64,000 nt of DNA, taken from assembly GCA_963668175.1 (NCBI GenBank), contig OY764159.1:4000001-4064000 (forward strand), given 5' to 3'. The notes under the pieces were generated by a model. That model was given only the letters and a program-made list of their open reading frames with translations, was not told the origin of the DNA and did not search any database. A program made the position numbers and the translations under genes. Within the stretch, counting starts at the first letter, position 1. Each line of letters starts with the position of its first letter. Source of the DNA: Syntrophales bacterium. Its GTDB lineage: Bacteria; Desulfobacterota; Syntrophia; Syntrophales; PHBD01. Below are positions 10,560 to 21,673 of this stretch, in pieces.

Positions 10560-12733
10560 TCATCCCTTTCTGATTCTCTCCACCGACTCTACGCCTTTGA
10601 GTTTCTTGATGGCCGAGGCCACTCTATTATACTCGTTCAAATCATTAACATCGATTGTAAAATCGCAGATCGCTTTCCTGTCCGGATTGTCCGTATCGAC
10701 CTCCGCATGCCTGATATTGATGTCCAACCCGGAGATTGTGCTGCTGACCTCGGCGAGGACGCCCTTCTTATCATCGCAGATCACCCGCATGAAAACCGGA
10801 TAGGACTGCTTCTCCTTGATATTCCATTCGACATCGACGAGCCGGTCGGATTCCATGTCCCGAACGTTTGAACAATTCACCGTATGAATCACGATTCCCC
10901 TACCCCGGGATATATAACCGATAATCTCGTCGCCGGGGATGGGATCGCAGCACTTGCCGAACCTGACCATGACGTCCTCGATGCCCGTCAGCGATATGCC
11001 CACGGACGACGATACGGAACTGGTCTTGCCTATCTTACGGACAATGGTCTTCTTGACTTTTTCCAGAAGCGACTCGCCCGCCTGATCGTAATCGTCCGGC
11101 AGGAAATAGCGCACGACGTGCTTCGGCGAGATCTTTCCGAACCCGATCGTCGCCAGAAGATCATCCAATGTGTGGAGCGAGTAGTCCTCAAAAACCCTTT
11201 TCATCTCTTCCGATTTTGAGGCCTGACTGAATTTCAAATGGTTCTTTTGAATTCCTTCTCGACAAGGTCCTTGCCGAGGGCAATGCTTCTGGTCCTCTCT
11301 TCCGCCTGCACCCAGGCCCTGATCTTTGCCCGGGCCTTCGGGGTGACGGCGTTCTTCAGCCAATCCTTGCTGGGATGGTGGCCCGCCTGGGTCAGGATCT
11401 CCACCGTATCGCCGTTTTGCAGTTCGTATTTCAGCGGGACGATATTGCGGTTCACCTTGGCGCCGATGCACTGATTGCCGACATCCGTGTGGATGCTGTA
11501 GGCAAAGTCGATGGGAGTGGCGCCCTTGGGAAACGCCCTGACATCGCCGCCGGGGGTGAAGACGTAAACCTCGTCGGGGAAGAGAGCGAGCTTCAGGCTG
11601 GACATATACTCGCGGGGATTCAAGACTTCGTGCTGGGCTTCCAGGAGTTCGCGGAGCTTCTTGATCTGTTCGTCATCGTCGCTCTCCTGGGTCCGCTTTT
11701 CCTTGTATCGCCAGTGGGCCGCAATACCCGCTTCCGCCCATTCATGCATGTCCCTGGTTCTTATCTGGATTTCGATCCGCTCTCCGTAGGGTCCGATGAC
11801 AGTGGTATGGAGCGAACGGTAATTGTTGGCCTTCGGGATGGCAATGTAGTCCTTGAACCGGCCCGGAACGGGTTTCCACCGGGCATGAACGACGCTGAGC
11901 GCCTCGTAGCATTCCTTCTCTACGTTGGAATCGAGAATGACCCGGAAAGCGATAAGATCGTAGACCTCGTCGAACTTGATATGCTGGGATTCCATCTTTG
12001 AGTAAATGCTGTAAAGGTGTTTCGCTCGGCCCTCCACTTCCGCCTTAAGGTCGAACTTCTCCATTTCCCGCTGGATGAGGCCCTTGACCTCTTCGGTATA
12101 TTTTTCCCGCTGTTCTTTTTTGGAAGCGAGGCGCCGCGACAGATCCCAGTACGCGTCGGGCTCGATATAACGGAAGGAAACGTCTTCCAACTCCACCTTC
12201 ATCCAGTAAATACCAAGCCGGTTCGCCAGAGGGGCATAGAGTTCCAGGGTCTCCTTGGCGATATACAGCTGCTTTTCCGGAGGATGAAACTGGAGGGTTC
12301 TCATGTTATGGATCCGGTCGGCCAGCCTGACGAGCAGGATACGGATATCGGCTGACATCGCCAGGATCATCTTCCGGAAATTCTCCGCCTGCCTTTCTTC
12401 CTGGCTTCCGAACGTAATCTTGCTGATCTTGGTCAGACCCTCGACGAGAAAAGCCACGTCCTTACCGAACAAGTCCTTGACCTGATCGATCGTCGTGAGC
12501 GTATCTTCCACGGTATCGTGCAACAGACCGGTAATCACGGTGGCGGCGTCCAGCTTCATGTCGGCGAGAATGGAGGATACTTCCATGGGATGGGTCAGGT
12601 AAGGCTCCCCGGAAAGGCGCAGCTGCCCCTGATGAACCGATGCGGAGAAGATGTAGGCCTTCTCGATCTGTTCCAATTCATCCTTCGTCAGGTACGACTG
12701 GGTCTTATCCAGGATGTCGGTGATACGAATCAT
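10560..12733 (-). pseudogene. rel: Bifunctional (p)ppGpp synthetase/hydrolase Rel/SpoT, split by a one-base frameshift near 11245 (real lesion or sequencing error)
   Basis: ORF 11234..12733 has HD (HDTVED), synthetase (GRAKHLYSI, EIQIRT) and TGS domains. The overlapping frame 10560..~11250 has the zinc-finger (KCCDPIPGDEI) and ACT domains. One extra A in TTC AAAA GAAC fuses them as EKEFKKNHLKF. Confidence 0.85.
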
Positions 12734-12894
12734 AACGGTAACGGGCTCATCCTATTCTCAAAACGGGCGCGGCAAGGCAAACGGACAATACATTCCCGCC
12801 GGCCGGGGTTGAAACGGCGTTTCCCTCTGCCCGGGTCCGCGATCTTCCGACCGGTCGTCGCTTCATTTCCGGCGGCGTCGACTGTTCCTTCAAT

Positions 12895-14607
12895 CTACAG
12901 GGCCTCACGAATAAAACCGGCAATAAACGCCTCCGCTTCGTCGAGCGATAACGCCTTGACCTCCCCCGTTTTCCGGATTTTCACCTCAACCTTGCCCTCG
13001 GCCAGTCTCTTGGGGCCGACGGTAACCCTCAAAGGTATTCCGATCAGATCCGCATCGTTGAATTTCACACCCGCCCTTTCGTCCCGGTCGTCGAAGAGCA
13101 CATCCACTCCTTTATCCGCCAGGGATTCATAGAGTTTTCCGGCGACTTCCGCCAGGCGAGGCTCGTTGATATTCACCGGCGTGATGATCACATGGAAAGG
13201 GGCGATCGGCACCGGCCAGATGATTCCGTTTTCGTCGTTGTTCTGTTCGATACTCGCGGCAACGGTTCGCCCCACGCCGATTCCGTAGCAGCCCATGATC
13301 ATCGTCTGCTCCTGACCGCTCTTGTCCAGATAGACGGCCTTCATGGCCTCGCTGTATTTGGTCCCGAGTTTAAAGACATGGCCGACCTCGATGCCCCGGG
13401 CAAAACGAAGCTCGCCCTGGCAGCGGGGACAGGGGTCGCTTTCCCTTGCTACTCTGAGATCCGCGAAAACATCGACCTTGAAGTCCCTGCCGATGTTGAC
13501 GTTTTTCACATGATAATCTTCCTTGTTGGCCCCCATGACGCAATTGACCATATTGAGCAGCGAATAGTCGGCCAGAACCTTCGCCTTGATCCCGACGGCG
13601 CCGACAAATCCCCTCGGGGCCCTGGCCGCCGCCATGATCATGTCGTCCATGGCCATTTCCAGCTCATTGCACTTCAGGAGATTCTTGACCTTGATCTCGT
13701 TCACTTCCTCGTCGCCCCGAATGAGAACGGCCACGGGCTTGCCGTCGGCGCTGAATATGAGCGTCTTGACGACCGCCTGCGGCGTCACGCCGAGAAAGGC
13801 GCAGACCTCTTCGATCGTCCTGACATTCGGCGTATGGACTTCCGTGAGGGGCAGGAAAGTCTTTTCGTCGACGGCCAGTTTTTCCGGCCTGGCAATTTCC
13901 GCCTTCTCCAGGTTGGCCGCATAGTCGCACCGGTTGCAGAAGACGACGGCGTCTTCCCCTGTGTCGGCCATAACCATGAATTCATGGGAGAAATTTCCCC
14001 CGATGGAGCCGGTATCCGCCTCAACGGCCCGGAATCGCAGGCCGCATCGCCTGAAGATGGCATGGTAAGCATCGTACATTTTTTTGTAACTGATATCGGC
14101 CCCCTCTTGATCGACGTCGAAACTGTAGGCATCCTTCATGCCGAACTCACGGCACCGCATGACGCCGAAGCGCGGCCGGATCTCGTCGCGGAACTTGGTT
14201 TGAATCTGATAAAGATTCCTGGGCAACTGCCGATAGGTTTTGATTTCATTCCTGACCAGTTCGGTGACGACCTCCTCATGGGTAGGCCCCAGGCAGCACT
14301 CACGGTCGTGGCGGTCCCGGAAACGCAGAAGCTCCTTGCCGTAATGCTCCCATCGTCCCGACTCCTGCCACAATTCCGCCGGCTGCACCGCCGGCATGAA
14401 GATCTCCTGCGCCCCGGCCCGGTTCATTTCCTCCCGGATGATTTGTTCCACCTTGCGGATGACCCTGTATCCCAATGGCAGATAGGTATAGATGCCTGCC
14501 GTCAGCTTCCGGATCATCCCCGCCCGCAGCATGAGCTGATGGCTTACAACTTCCGCATCGGATGGAATTTCTCTGATCGTGGGTAAGAACATTTCCGAGT
14601 AACGCAT
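12895..14607 (-). CDS. proS: Proline--tRNA ligase
   Basis: [17 protein letters not shown], editing insertion, [20 protein letters not shown] motifs. Confidence 0.98.
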   Translation of the reverse strand: MRYSEMFLPTIREIPSDAEVVSHQLMLRAGMIRKLTAGIYTYLPLGYRVIRKVEQIIREEMNRAGAQEIFMPAVQPAELWQESGRWEHYGKELLRFRDRHDRECCLGPTHEEVVTELVRNEIKTYRQLPRNLYQIQTKFRDEIRPRFGVMRCREFGMKDAYSFDVDQEGADISYKKMYDAYHAIFRRCGLRFRAVEADTGSIGGNFSHEFMVMADTGEDAVVFCNRCDYAANLEKAEIARPEKLAVDEKTFLPLTEVHTPNVRTIEEVCAFLGVTPQAVVKTLIFSADGKPVAVLIRGDEEVNEIKVKNLLKCNELEMAMDDMIMAAARAPRGFVGAVGIKAKVLADYSLLNMVNCVMGANKEDYHVKNVNIGRDFKVDVFADLRVARESDPCPRCQGELRFARGIEVGHVFKLGTKYSEAMKAVYLDKSGQEQTMIMGCYGIGVGRTVAASIEQNNDENGIIWPVPIAPFHVIITPVNINEPRLAEVAGKLYESLADKGVDVLFDDRDERAGVKFNDADLIGIPLRVTVGPKRLAEGKVEVKIRKTGEVKALSLDEAEAFIAGFIREAL

Positions 14608-14658
14608 GATGCCTCCTTCGTCGATAAGTTATCCTTGATGGAAGGGCGCCCCTCTTCT

Positions 14659-15723
14659 TCAGCCCTTCATTGCATTCACTTCTTCAAGCAGTGCTTTGAC
14701 AAAATCCTTTTCCTTGACCTTCCGGACGATCTTGCCCTTTTTGAAGAGCATGCCGACCTTCCGGCCGCCGGCAATGCCGACATCCGCCTCGGCGGCCTCT
14801 CCGGGACCATTGACGACGCAGCCCATCAGGGCGATTTTCAGATAATCCCTGCTGCCGGCCAGCTTCTCCTCGACTTCGCCGACCAGTTTGAAGAGGTCGA
14901 TCTCGCAACGGCCGCACGTGGGGCAGGAGATAATATCCGGCCCGATCCGGCGAATACCGAGGGAACGCAGAATCCCGTAAGCGATACCGATTTCATGGAC
15001 CGGATTGCCCGTAACGGAGACCCGGATGGTATCGCCGATGCCCTCCGCCAGGAGCGCGCCGATGCCTATGGACGACTTGATGGCGGCATTCAGGAGACTT
15101 CCCGCTTCCGTTACGCCGAGATGAAGGGGGTAATCGGTCTTTTTTGCCGCCAGCCTGTATGCGCCGATCATGGTCTTCACGTCCGACGATTTTAAGGAAA
15201 GCTTGATTGCACTGAAACCCATATCCTCGAACAGGGCGGCATTCCTGAGGGCGCTCTCCGCCAGGGCCTCGGCCGTCGGCCCCTTATGCTTGGCGAGGAT
15301 ATCCTTTTCGAGAGAGCCGGCGTTGATGCCGATACGGATAGCAATCCCGGCCGCCTTGGCTTCTCTGACGACCTCCCTGACTTTTCCTGTCTCCATGTTC
15401 CCGGGATTGATGCGGATACAGTCGACCCCGGCATGGATGGCCTTGACGGCCAGACGGTGGTTAAAATGGATGTCCGCGATAAGGGGAATGGCGATCCCGC
15501 TTTTGATGTCCGCCAATCGTCCCGCCGCGTCCTCATCGGGAACGGCGACCCGGACGATTTCACAACCGGCCTCTTCAAGCTCCCTGATCTGCCCGACCGT
15601 GGCCTCGACGTCCCTCGTATCGGTGCATGTCATCGATTGTACGGTTATCGGCGCCCCGCCGCCGACGGGGACATCGCCTACCAGGATCTTCCTTGTTTTT
15701 CTTCTTTTAACGGTTTTTTCCAA
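14659..15723 (-). CDS. ispG: 4-hydroxy-3-methylbut-2-en-1-yl diphosphate synthase
   Basis: VQSMT, ADIHF, RINPGN, HLGVTEAG, CPTCGRC, MGCVVNGPGE motifs. Confidence 0.98.
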   Translation of the reverse strand: MEKTVKRRKTRKILVGDVPVGGGAPITVQSMTCTDTRDVEATVGQIRELEEAGCEIVRVAVPDEDAAGRLADIKSGIAIPLIADIHFNHRLAVKAIHAGVDCIRINPGNMETGKVREVVREAKAAGIAIRIGINAGSLEKDILAKHKGPTAEALAESALRNAALFEDMGFSAIKLSLKSSDVKTMIGAYRLAAKKTDYPLHLGVTEAGSLLNAAIKSSIGIGALLAEGIGDTIRVSVTGNPVHEIGIAYGILRSLGIRRIGPDIISCPTCGRCEIDLFKLVGEVEEKLAGSRDYLKIALMGCVVNGPGEAAEADVGIAGGRKVGMLFKKGKIVRKVKEKDFVKALLEEVNAMKG

Positions 15724-16142
15724 TCATCAACCTCAGACGACCGCTGCCGGCCGGTTAAACCCTTCGTGCCGACTGTTAAAAAAGCGGCCCCGGAGATGAC
15801 GTGCGCCATCCAAGAATCAAATCCGGGGAGATACCCGATCCTGCGGTCGGCTTTTACAACACTCTGCCAAAAGATGAGATTTTTTTATAACATGAAGGCA
15901 AGATAAAGGCAATCGCCGATCTAGGACGGTTTTTGCCCTGATCACCCAAGGAAACACCGCGAATCAGAGGACTTTTTCTCTCGCCTTTCCATGCCGCCGC
16001 GGCTTCATCTTGACGGAGACGTCCAGGCAAATTATAGTGAGACGATAAGATTCTTTTTCAGTCATTGATCTGGAAAACGACGAACCGCATTACACAATAG
16101 TCTTGTCAAAGGTCCATGCCGGACCTCCTGCGGGAAGGACAT

Positions 16143-17465
16143 ATGAATTTGAAGACCAACGACACGCATCGCACAACGTCTCTGAGAAGATTCTTGCCGC
16201 TTATTTTATGCTTTGCCGCGGGCCTGTGTGTGCTCATGGAACCGGGCAAGTGCTGGCCCCTGGACGCCAAAGAAATCATCGTCATTGCCAACCGGAACGT
16301 TCCGGACAGCAAAGCCCTCGCCTTCTACTACATGACCCGTCGCGGCATCCCCGCCGAAAACCTTCTTGTCCTTGCTCTGACGGACGAAGAGCATTGCTCC
16401 CGGGAAGAATACAATCAAGAGGCCGTCATTCCCGTGCGCAGGTTTCTCCAGGCAAAAGACCCCGAAAACCGGAGATTTCGCTGCATCGTCACCATGCACG
16501 GCGTTCCGCTCGTCGTGAACGGTTCCGGCCTGAACGTCAAGGATACAGCGAAAATTGCCGCCCTGAGGGATAGGATTAAGAATATACGGTCGGAACTGGC
16601 GAAGCAGTCCTTGAGCGAAAAAGAGAAGGATAAGGCCTATAAAGAAAAGATCGAGCCCCTGGAGCGGCAAGTCACAGCCGTCAGCAAAGCGGACAGCAGC
16701 GCCTCGTTCGATTCGGAGATAGCACTGGTTCGTGAGGCCGACTATCCCCTTGCCGGTTGGGTTCCCAATCCTTACTATCTGGGCTACCGGGGAAAATCGA
16801 TTAAGAACATGCCGTCCAAGGCCTTTATGATCGCGCGCCTGGACGGCCCCTCGAAACAGATCGTCACCCGGATCATCGACGACAGTCTTGCCGCCGAAGC
16901 CGGGGGATTGCGCGGCACAGCCTATTTCGACGCCCGCTGGCCCGACCCGGGGAAGAAGCAGTTGACCGGATATGCCTTCTACGACCGCTCCCTTCATTTG
17001 GCGGCGAAGCAGATCAGGGATAACGCCGTCATGCCCGTCGTGTTGGATGAAAAGGAACGGCTTTTTCAGCCGGGTGAGGCGCCCAATGCAGCCCTCTACT
17101 GCGGTTGGTACAGCCTAGCGAAATATGTCGATGCCTTCACCTGGGTGCCTGGTGCCGTTGGGTACCATATAGCGAGCGAGGAATGCGAGACGCTGAGAAA
17201 ACCCGGAAGCCGGGTATGGTGCAAGGTCATGCTCGAAAAGGGCGTCGCCGCCACGATCGGTCCCGTCAGCGAACCCTATGTCCAGGCTTTCCCGGTACCC
17301 GAAGTTTTTTTCACGTTCCTGATCAGCGGCCGCCTGACCCTGGCGGAATGTTACGCCCTCAGCAACCCCTTTCTGTCCTGGAAGATGGTCCTCATCGGCG
17401 ACCCGCTGTACCGGCCCTTCAAATACCGGGTGAACGCCGAGATGCCCGGACCGCACCGCCCATGA
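16143..17465 (+). CDS. TIGR03790-like exported protein
   Basis: Signal peptide, then LAFYYMTRRGIP, FDSEIA, ARLDG, YCGWY, GPVSEPY and SWKMVLIGDPLYRPF, which I recognise as characteristic of this family. Confidence 0.75.
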   Translation: MNLKTNDTHRTTSLRRFLPLILCFAAGLCVLMEPGKCWPLDAKEIIVIANRNVPDSKALAFYYMTRRGIPAENLLVLALTDEEHCSREEYNQEAVIPVRRFLQAKDPENRRFRCIVTMHGVPLVVNGSGLNVKDTAKIAALRDRIKNIRSELAKQSLSEKEKDKAYKEKIEPLERQVTAVSKADSSASFDSEIALVREADYPLAGWVPNPYYLGYRGKSIKNMPSKAFMIARLDGPSKQIVTRIIDDSLAAEAGGLRGTAYFDARWPDPGKKQLTGYAFYDRSLHLAAKQIRDNAVMPVVLDEKERLFQPGEAPNAALYCGWYSLAKYVDAFTWVPGAVGYHIASEECETLRKPGSRVWCKVMLEKGVAATIGPVSEPYVQAFPVPEVFFTFLISGRLTLAECYALSNPFLSWKMVLIGDPLYRPFKYRVNAEMPGPHRP

Positions 17466-17576
17466 CCCGCCTTCACGGTTTCAGCAGGAAAGACGGCGGC
17501 TCAGGGTTTCATCCGACGGCATCGGAATGGTGTTGAGGGAAATAGTGAACGGCGCTTGATTCTTCATCCGTCGCGC

Positions 17577-18206
17577 CTAACGGAAGCAGGTCGGAATATC
17601 GTCCAGCGGCAAGAAGGCACAGGCCGTATAACGGCCGTCATGGCTTAAGCTCATGTCAAAGGGCGCACGATCCCCTCGAATCAGGACCCGGGGGACAGAA
17701 GCATATCCTGCGATGCCGATATCGTTCCCAGGCAACCCCAGATGACGGGACAGGAAAGCGATCCCGGCTTCTCTTACCAGAGCCGATTCGTCGGCGTTTG
17801 CATCGTTCCACCGGCAGACATCGGAAAGGATCGCATTGAGATCATCGTCCGAACCAGTGCAGGCCAGGCCATGCACATAATCGCTGTCTGAAAAGATACG
17901 AACATGAACGGCACCGACAGGCGTTTCCACCCTCCCGCGGACCGCAGTATCCCCATCGCTGCACCTCAATGTTACTTCGTAGCTGCGCGGTATCGAACAG
18001 ACTGGCGGCGCCAGTTTCGAGATCGCTTTGTATGCCGATTCCTTGGCTGCCCAGAGGGACCATAGAGCCCGGTCCGCCTCGGCGGAGTCAAGGATCATAC
18101 GCTGTTCAGCGGGTGTAAAGACGCGATTGACGAAGCGCCGATCCCTGCTCTTCCCCCTGTTTTCGGGATCGGTCAAATCCACCACATCGTTGCCGACGAA
18201 AGGCAA
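17577..18206 (-). CDS. 4'-phosphopantetheinyl transferase
   Basis: VGNDVVD, WAAKESAYK, SLSHDG motifs. Likely TTG start at 18206 after GGAGGAGG. Confidence 0.88.
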   Translation of the reverse strand: MPFVGNDVVDLTDPENRGKSRDRRFVNRVFTPAEQRMILDSAEADRALWSLWAAKESAYKAISKLAPPVCSIPRSYEVTLRCSDGDTAVRGRVETPVGAVHVRIFSDSDYVHGLACTGSDDDLNAILSDVCRWNDANADESALVREAGIAFLSRHLGLPGNDIGIAGYASVPRVLIRGDRAPFDMSLSHDGRYTACAFLPLDDIPTCFR

Positions 18207-18942
18207 AATAGGCCTCCTCCATGCGCGCCAGTTGCCGGATGATCTGTGCGGCGTAATGCCTCTGAGCGCGAAGCCCCGATTTCTCCGGCCGTTCCAGGTC
18301 CAACGTCTCGACATATACGGTGAAACGTTCGTCTCTCCGGGGAATCGTCCCCCAGGTTTCCTGGCCGTCGCCGCGGAGATAGACACACAGAACGCGGCAG
18401 TCTCCGCACGATTCCAGGAACCGGCCGGCGCCATAGGAAACGTTGTCGACGTCCACGCGACCGGTTCGCGAGCGGCCGCCCTCGGGAAATATCAGGAGGC
18501 TTTGTTTCTCCCCCAGAAGATACCGGCAGCGCGCCATCACGTCCTTCATCTCTTCGCTGTCGCCGCCCCGGTGAACGGGAACGCACTTGGCGAGATAACA
18601 GAGAGCGGTCAGGATAAAGCTTTTCTGGAAGTTGTCCCGTTCGGGCAGATTCCAGGGCAGGCACCGAAAATCGAACAAGTGCCGCTTCAGAGAGAACATA
18701 GCGTAGATGATAATGGCCGAATCCACCATGGTCAAATGATTGGCGCAAATCAGCCAGGGGCCGTCGTGGCCAGCCGTTTTGACGCGGCATTCCTCCCGGA
18801 TGCGGCGCAAATCCCTGATGCGGTAACCCCTCAGCCTGAGAAAGGCGAAATAGGCAGGGGCCAGAAGAAAGACGAACATCCCGCCCAGGAAGTACTGCCA
18901 CTTTAGGCTTGTCTTGAAGGAAATCTTCCTCATGACGCTCAA
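18106..18942 (-). CDS. Lysophospholipid/glycerolipid acyltransferase (PlsC family)
   Basis: N-terminal TM segment, NHLTMVD (H-x4-D), VPVHRG, IFPEGGRS motifs. Confidence 0.88.
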   Translation of the reverse strand: MSVMRKISFKTSLKWQYFLGGMFVFLLAPAYFAFLRLRGYRIRDLRRIREECRVKTAGHDGPWLICANHLTMVDSAIIIYAMFSLKRHLFDFRCLPWNLPERDNFQKSFILTALCYLAKCVPVHRGGDSEEMKDVMARCRYLLGEKQSLLIFPEGGRSRTGRVDVDNVSYGAGRFLESCGDCRVLCVYLRGDGQETWGTIPRRDERFTVYVETLDLERPEKSGLRAQRHYAAQIIRQLARMEEAYFAFRRQRCGGFDRSRKQGEEQGSALRQSRLYTR

Positions 18943-19187
18943 TGCAGCTTCTTCTTAACCAGGGCAATGGCATCGCCGATGGTCCGGATCTTATCGGCCT
19001 CGTCGTCGTCGATCGTTACGCCGAAGACGTCCTCGCAGCGGATGATGACATCCACGAGCCTGGCCGAATTGACCTTCAGGTCCTTGAGGATGTGGGTCTC
19101 CGCGGTCGCCTTGTCCAGAAGGGCGACATCCTTCGTGTAGTTCTTCAAAATTCCCGTGATTTCCGTAAAAATCTGCTGTTCATCCAT
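18939..19187 (-). CDS. Acyl carrier protein
   Basis: 82 aa acidic protein, DLKVNSARLVDVI...EDVFGVTIDDDEADKIRTIGD, with Ser at the pantetheinylation position. Confidence 0.9.
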   Translation of the reverse strand: MDEQQIFTEITGILKNYTKDVALLDKATAETHILKDLKVNSARLVDVIIRCEDVFGVTIDDDEADKIRTIGDAIALVKKKLH

Positions 19188-19205
19188 AACTTATGATCCT
19201 CCTTG

Positions 19206-20483
19206 CTATTCCTTCCATTTTTTAAATATGAGACAACTGTTCACGTCGCCAAAACCGAAGCCGGCCTTGGCGATGACGTTTAATTCGGGATAATCCAGGC
19301 ATGTCCTGGGAATCCGGTCCGTATAGGCCTCGATGTCCGGGTGGATGTCTTCGCAGTTCACCGACGGGTGAAGAAAACCCTTATAGAGCTGCAGGACAAC
19401 GGCGACGCACTCGATGGCGCCGGTCGCACCGAGGCAGTGCCCAATGAGCGACTTCGTCGCATTGATATAGGGAAATCTCTCCGGTCCCCGACCCAGGGCC
19501 TCCGACCAGTTTTTCACTTCGATGGGATCGGCATAGGTTGCCGTAAGGTGGCCGTTGATCGCATCGATGGCCTCCGGTTCGATACCCGCCTCTTGAACGG
19601 CGTTTCTGATGCAGCGTCCGACGCCCTCGGGATTCGGCGCCGTCATGGACCCTCCTTGCCGGTGCCCTCCGCAGTTGACTGCGCCGCTGAGAATCTCGGC
19701 ATATATCCGTGCCCCGCGGGCCAAAGCCGTCTCCAGCTCTTCCAGGACCAGGACAGCCCCGCCGGCACCCGGCACGAAGCCGCAGGCGCTGGCGCTCATC
19801 GGTCGCGACGCCGCCTCCGGATGTTCGTTGAACTTGCGGCAAATGACGCGCATGGCATCGAAACCGGACCAGATATAAGGTGACGCACCTTCCGATCCGC
19901 CGGCCAGCATCCTTTTAGCCAGTCCCATTCGTATCCGCAGGAAGGCGTCGATGATCGCCTCGTTACCCGTGCTGCATGCGGCCGAATTGGACGTAACCTG
20001 GTTGCCCAGGGCCAGTAAACCCGCGATGCGGGCACTGGTCCCGCTGTTCATCACCTGTTCGACGATCCGGCTCCCCAGGCGGCGGACTTTTCCCTCGTTG
20101 ACCATGGGCACGACGGACTTGGCGATCGTATCCATTCCGCCTATGCCGGAGCCGATAATCGCCCCGGTGTCCCAATCAACCCTGTCGTCGTCGGCTTCCG
20201 GCACTTCAAACCCTGCATCCGTCCAGGCATCGACGGCCGACACGGAGGCGTAGCCGATATTGTCGTTGATCGACATCAGTTTCTCGTGATCGAAATAGCG
20301 TTTCCGGATTGCATCGAAATCCTGCGGTACGCCGCCTACCTGACAGGCAAAGCTCAAATCCCTGAGTTCAGGGAGAAAGCGGATGCCCGACCGGCCTTCC
20401 CGCAACGCCGCTTCAAAGGCTTCCAGGCCGTGGCCATTCGGCGCGGCCACTCCCATACCCGTTATCACAACCCTATTTTTCAT
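19206..20483 (-). CDS. Beta-ketoacyl-ACP synthase (FabF/FabB-type)
   Basis: RVVITGMG; catalytic Cys (SAACSTG), His (NGHLT), His (KSLIGHCLGA); GFGFG. ATG start at 20483. Confidence 0.93.
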   Translation of the reverse strand: MKNRVVITGMGVAAPNGHGLEAFEAALREGRSGIRFLPELRDLSFACQVGGVPQDFDAIRKRYFDHEKLMSINDNIGYASVSAVDAWTDAGFEVPEADDDRVDWDTGAIIGSGIGGMDTIAKSVVPMVNEGKVRRLGSRIVEQVMNSGTSARIAGLLALGNQVTSNSAACSTGNEAIIDAFLRIRMGLAKRMLAGGSEGASPYIWSGFDAMRVICRKFNEHPEAASRPMSASACGFVPGAGGAVLVLEELETALARGARIYAEILSGAVNCGGHRQGGSMTAPNPEGVGRCIRNAVQEAGIEPEAIDAINGHLTATYADPIEVKNWSEALGRGPERFPYINATKSLIGHCLGATGAIECVAVVLQLYKGFLHPSVNCEDIHPDIEAYTDRIPRTCLDYPELNVIAKAGFGFGDVNSCLIFKKWKE

Positions 20484-20952
20484 CGAGAACAACCCCCATA
20501 CCGGCCAGCACGGCGCTGCACACGGCTTCTCCGTTTTCCTTTTCCATGCCGACCCTGACTCTGATTGCATTGTTGCGGAAATAGACCTTCTCGCCGCGTA
20601 TTACCACGCGCTCGCCCGGTTCGACCATCCCGGTGAACTCGACACCGTCCGCAAAGGTAAATAGCGTGACCATGCTATCTGTCTTCCCGGGAGCCATCTT
20701 GCCCTGCACAATGCCAAGATAGATACCGAAGGCCACAACACCCGTCTGGGCCATCGTTTCCACGAGAATGACCCCCGGCGTCACGGGACGGCCCGGAAAA
20801 TGGCCCCGGTAAAAATATTCGTCCTCGTGAAAGCGATAGGAACCGACGATATGGTTCTCGTCAATCTCCAGGATATCGTCGATGAAGCGAAACGGCGCCT
20901 GCTGGGGAACCGCCGCCAGAATCCGTTTCTGCAAAAGGGGATCAACCTCCAT
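20473..20952 (-). CDS. FabZ-like 3-hydroxyacyl-ACP dehydratase
   Basis: PQQAPFRFID and GHFPGRPVTPGVILVETMAQ (His/Glu dyad). Confidence 0.88.
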   Translation of the reverse strand: MEVDPLLQKRILAAVPQQAPFRFIDDILEIDENHIVGSYRFHEDEYFYRGHFPGRPVTPGVILVETMAQTGVVAFGIYLGIVQGKMAPGKTDSMVTLFTFADGVEFTGMVEPGERVVIRGEKVYFRNNAIRVRVGMEKENGEAVCSAVLAGMGVVLDEK

Positions 20953-21673
20953 AGAGCCCTCCATTGACGTGGATGACGCTGCCCGTGATGTAGGACCCTT
21001 TGGAGGCCAGAAAAGCAACAACCTCTGCCACCTCCGAAGCCCGTCCTATCCTGGCGAGCGGTATTTTTTCCAGAATCCGCTCCTTGATCTCGTCCGGCAA
21101 CCCGGCCGTCATTTCCGTATCGATAAAACCCGGCGCCACGGAGTTGACCAGGATATTACGTCCCTTCATCTCCTGGGCCAAAGACTTCGAGAAGGCGTCA
21201 AGGGCCGCTTTTTCCATGGTATAGGGAATCTGGCCGCCGTTCCCCGTGTGTCCTACCACGCTGGAGATATTAACGATCCGGCCGCTGTCCTGGCGGAGCA
21301 TAAAGAGCCTGATGACCCTCTTGGTCAGGTACCAGACGCCTCGCATAACCGATCTCTGTTCGTCGAACTGCTCCATCTTCATGCTGTTGATGTCGGCGTT
21401 GATCGACATCCCGGCGTTGTTGACGAGCACATCCACACGCCCGGCCTTGTCCCTGATCTCGCCGATCATGGCATCAACCTCTTCCGGCCGGGAAAGATCC
21501 GCCCGCACCAGAAAACCGTCGCCTATATCCGCCAACACGGCGGCCGCATCCCGTTCGCTGCTGCGGTAATGGATGCCCAGCCGGAATCCCTGTTCGGCAA
21601 GGGCATAGCAGCAGGCGGCACCGATATTACGGCCGCCGCCCGTCACCACAGCCACTTTTTTTTCATTCGTCAT
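20942..21673 (-). CDS. fabG: 3-oxoacyl-ACP reductase (FabG-like SDR)
   Basis: VTGGGRNIG, NNAG, NISS, YTMEK (Y-x3-K), VAPGFIDTEMT motifs. Confidence 0.88.
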   Translation of the reverse strand: MTNEKKVAVVTGGGRNIGAACCYALAEQGFRLGIHYRSSERDAAAVLADIGDGFLVRADLSRPEEVDAMIGEIRDKAGRVDVLVNNAGMSINADINSMKMEQFDEQRSVMRGVWYLTKRVIRLFMLRQDSGRIVNISSVVGHTGNGGQIPYTMEKAALDAFSKSLAQEMKGRNILVNSVAPGFIDTEMTAGLPDEIKERILEKIPLARIGRASEVAEVVAFLASKGSYITGSVIHVNGGLYGG

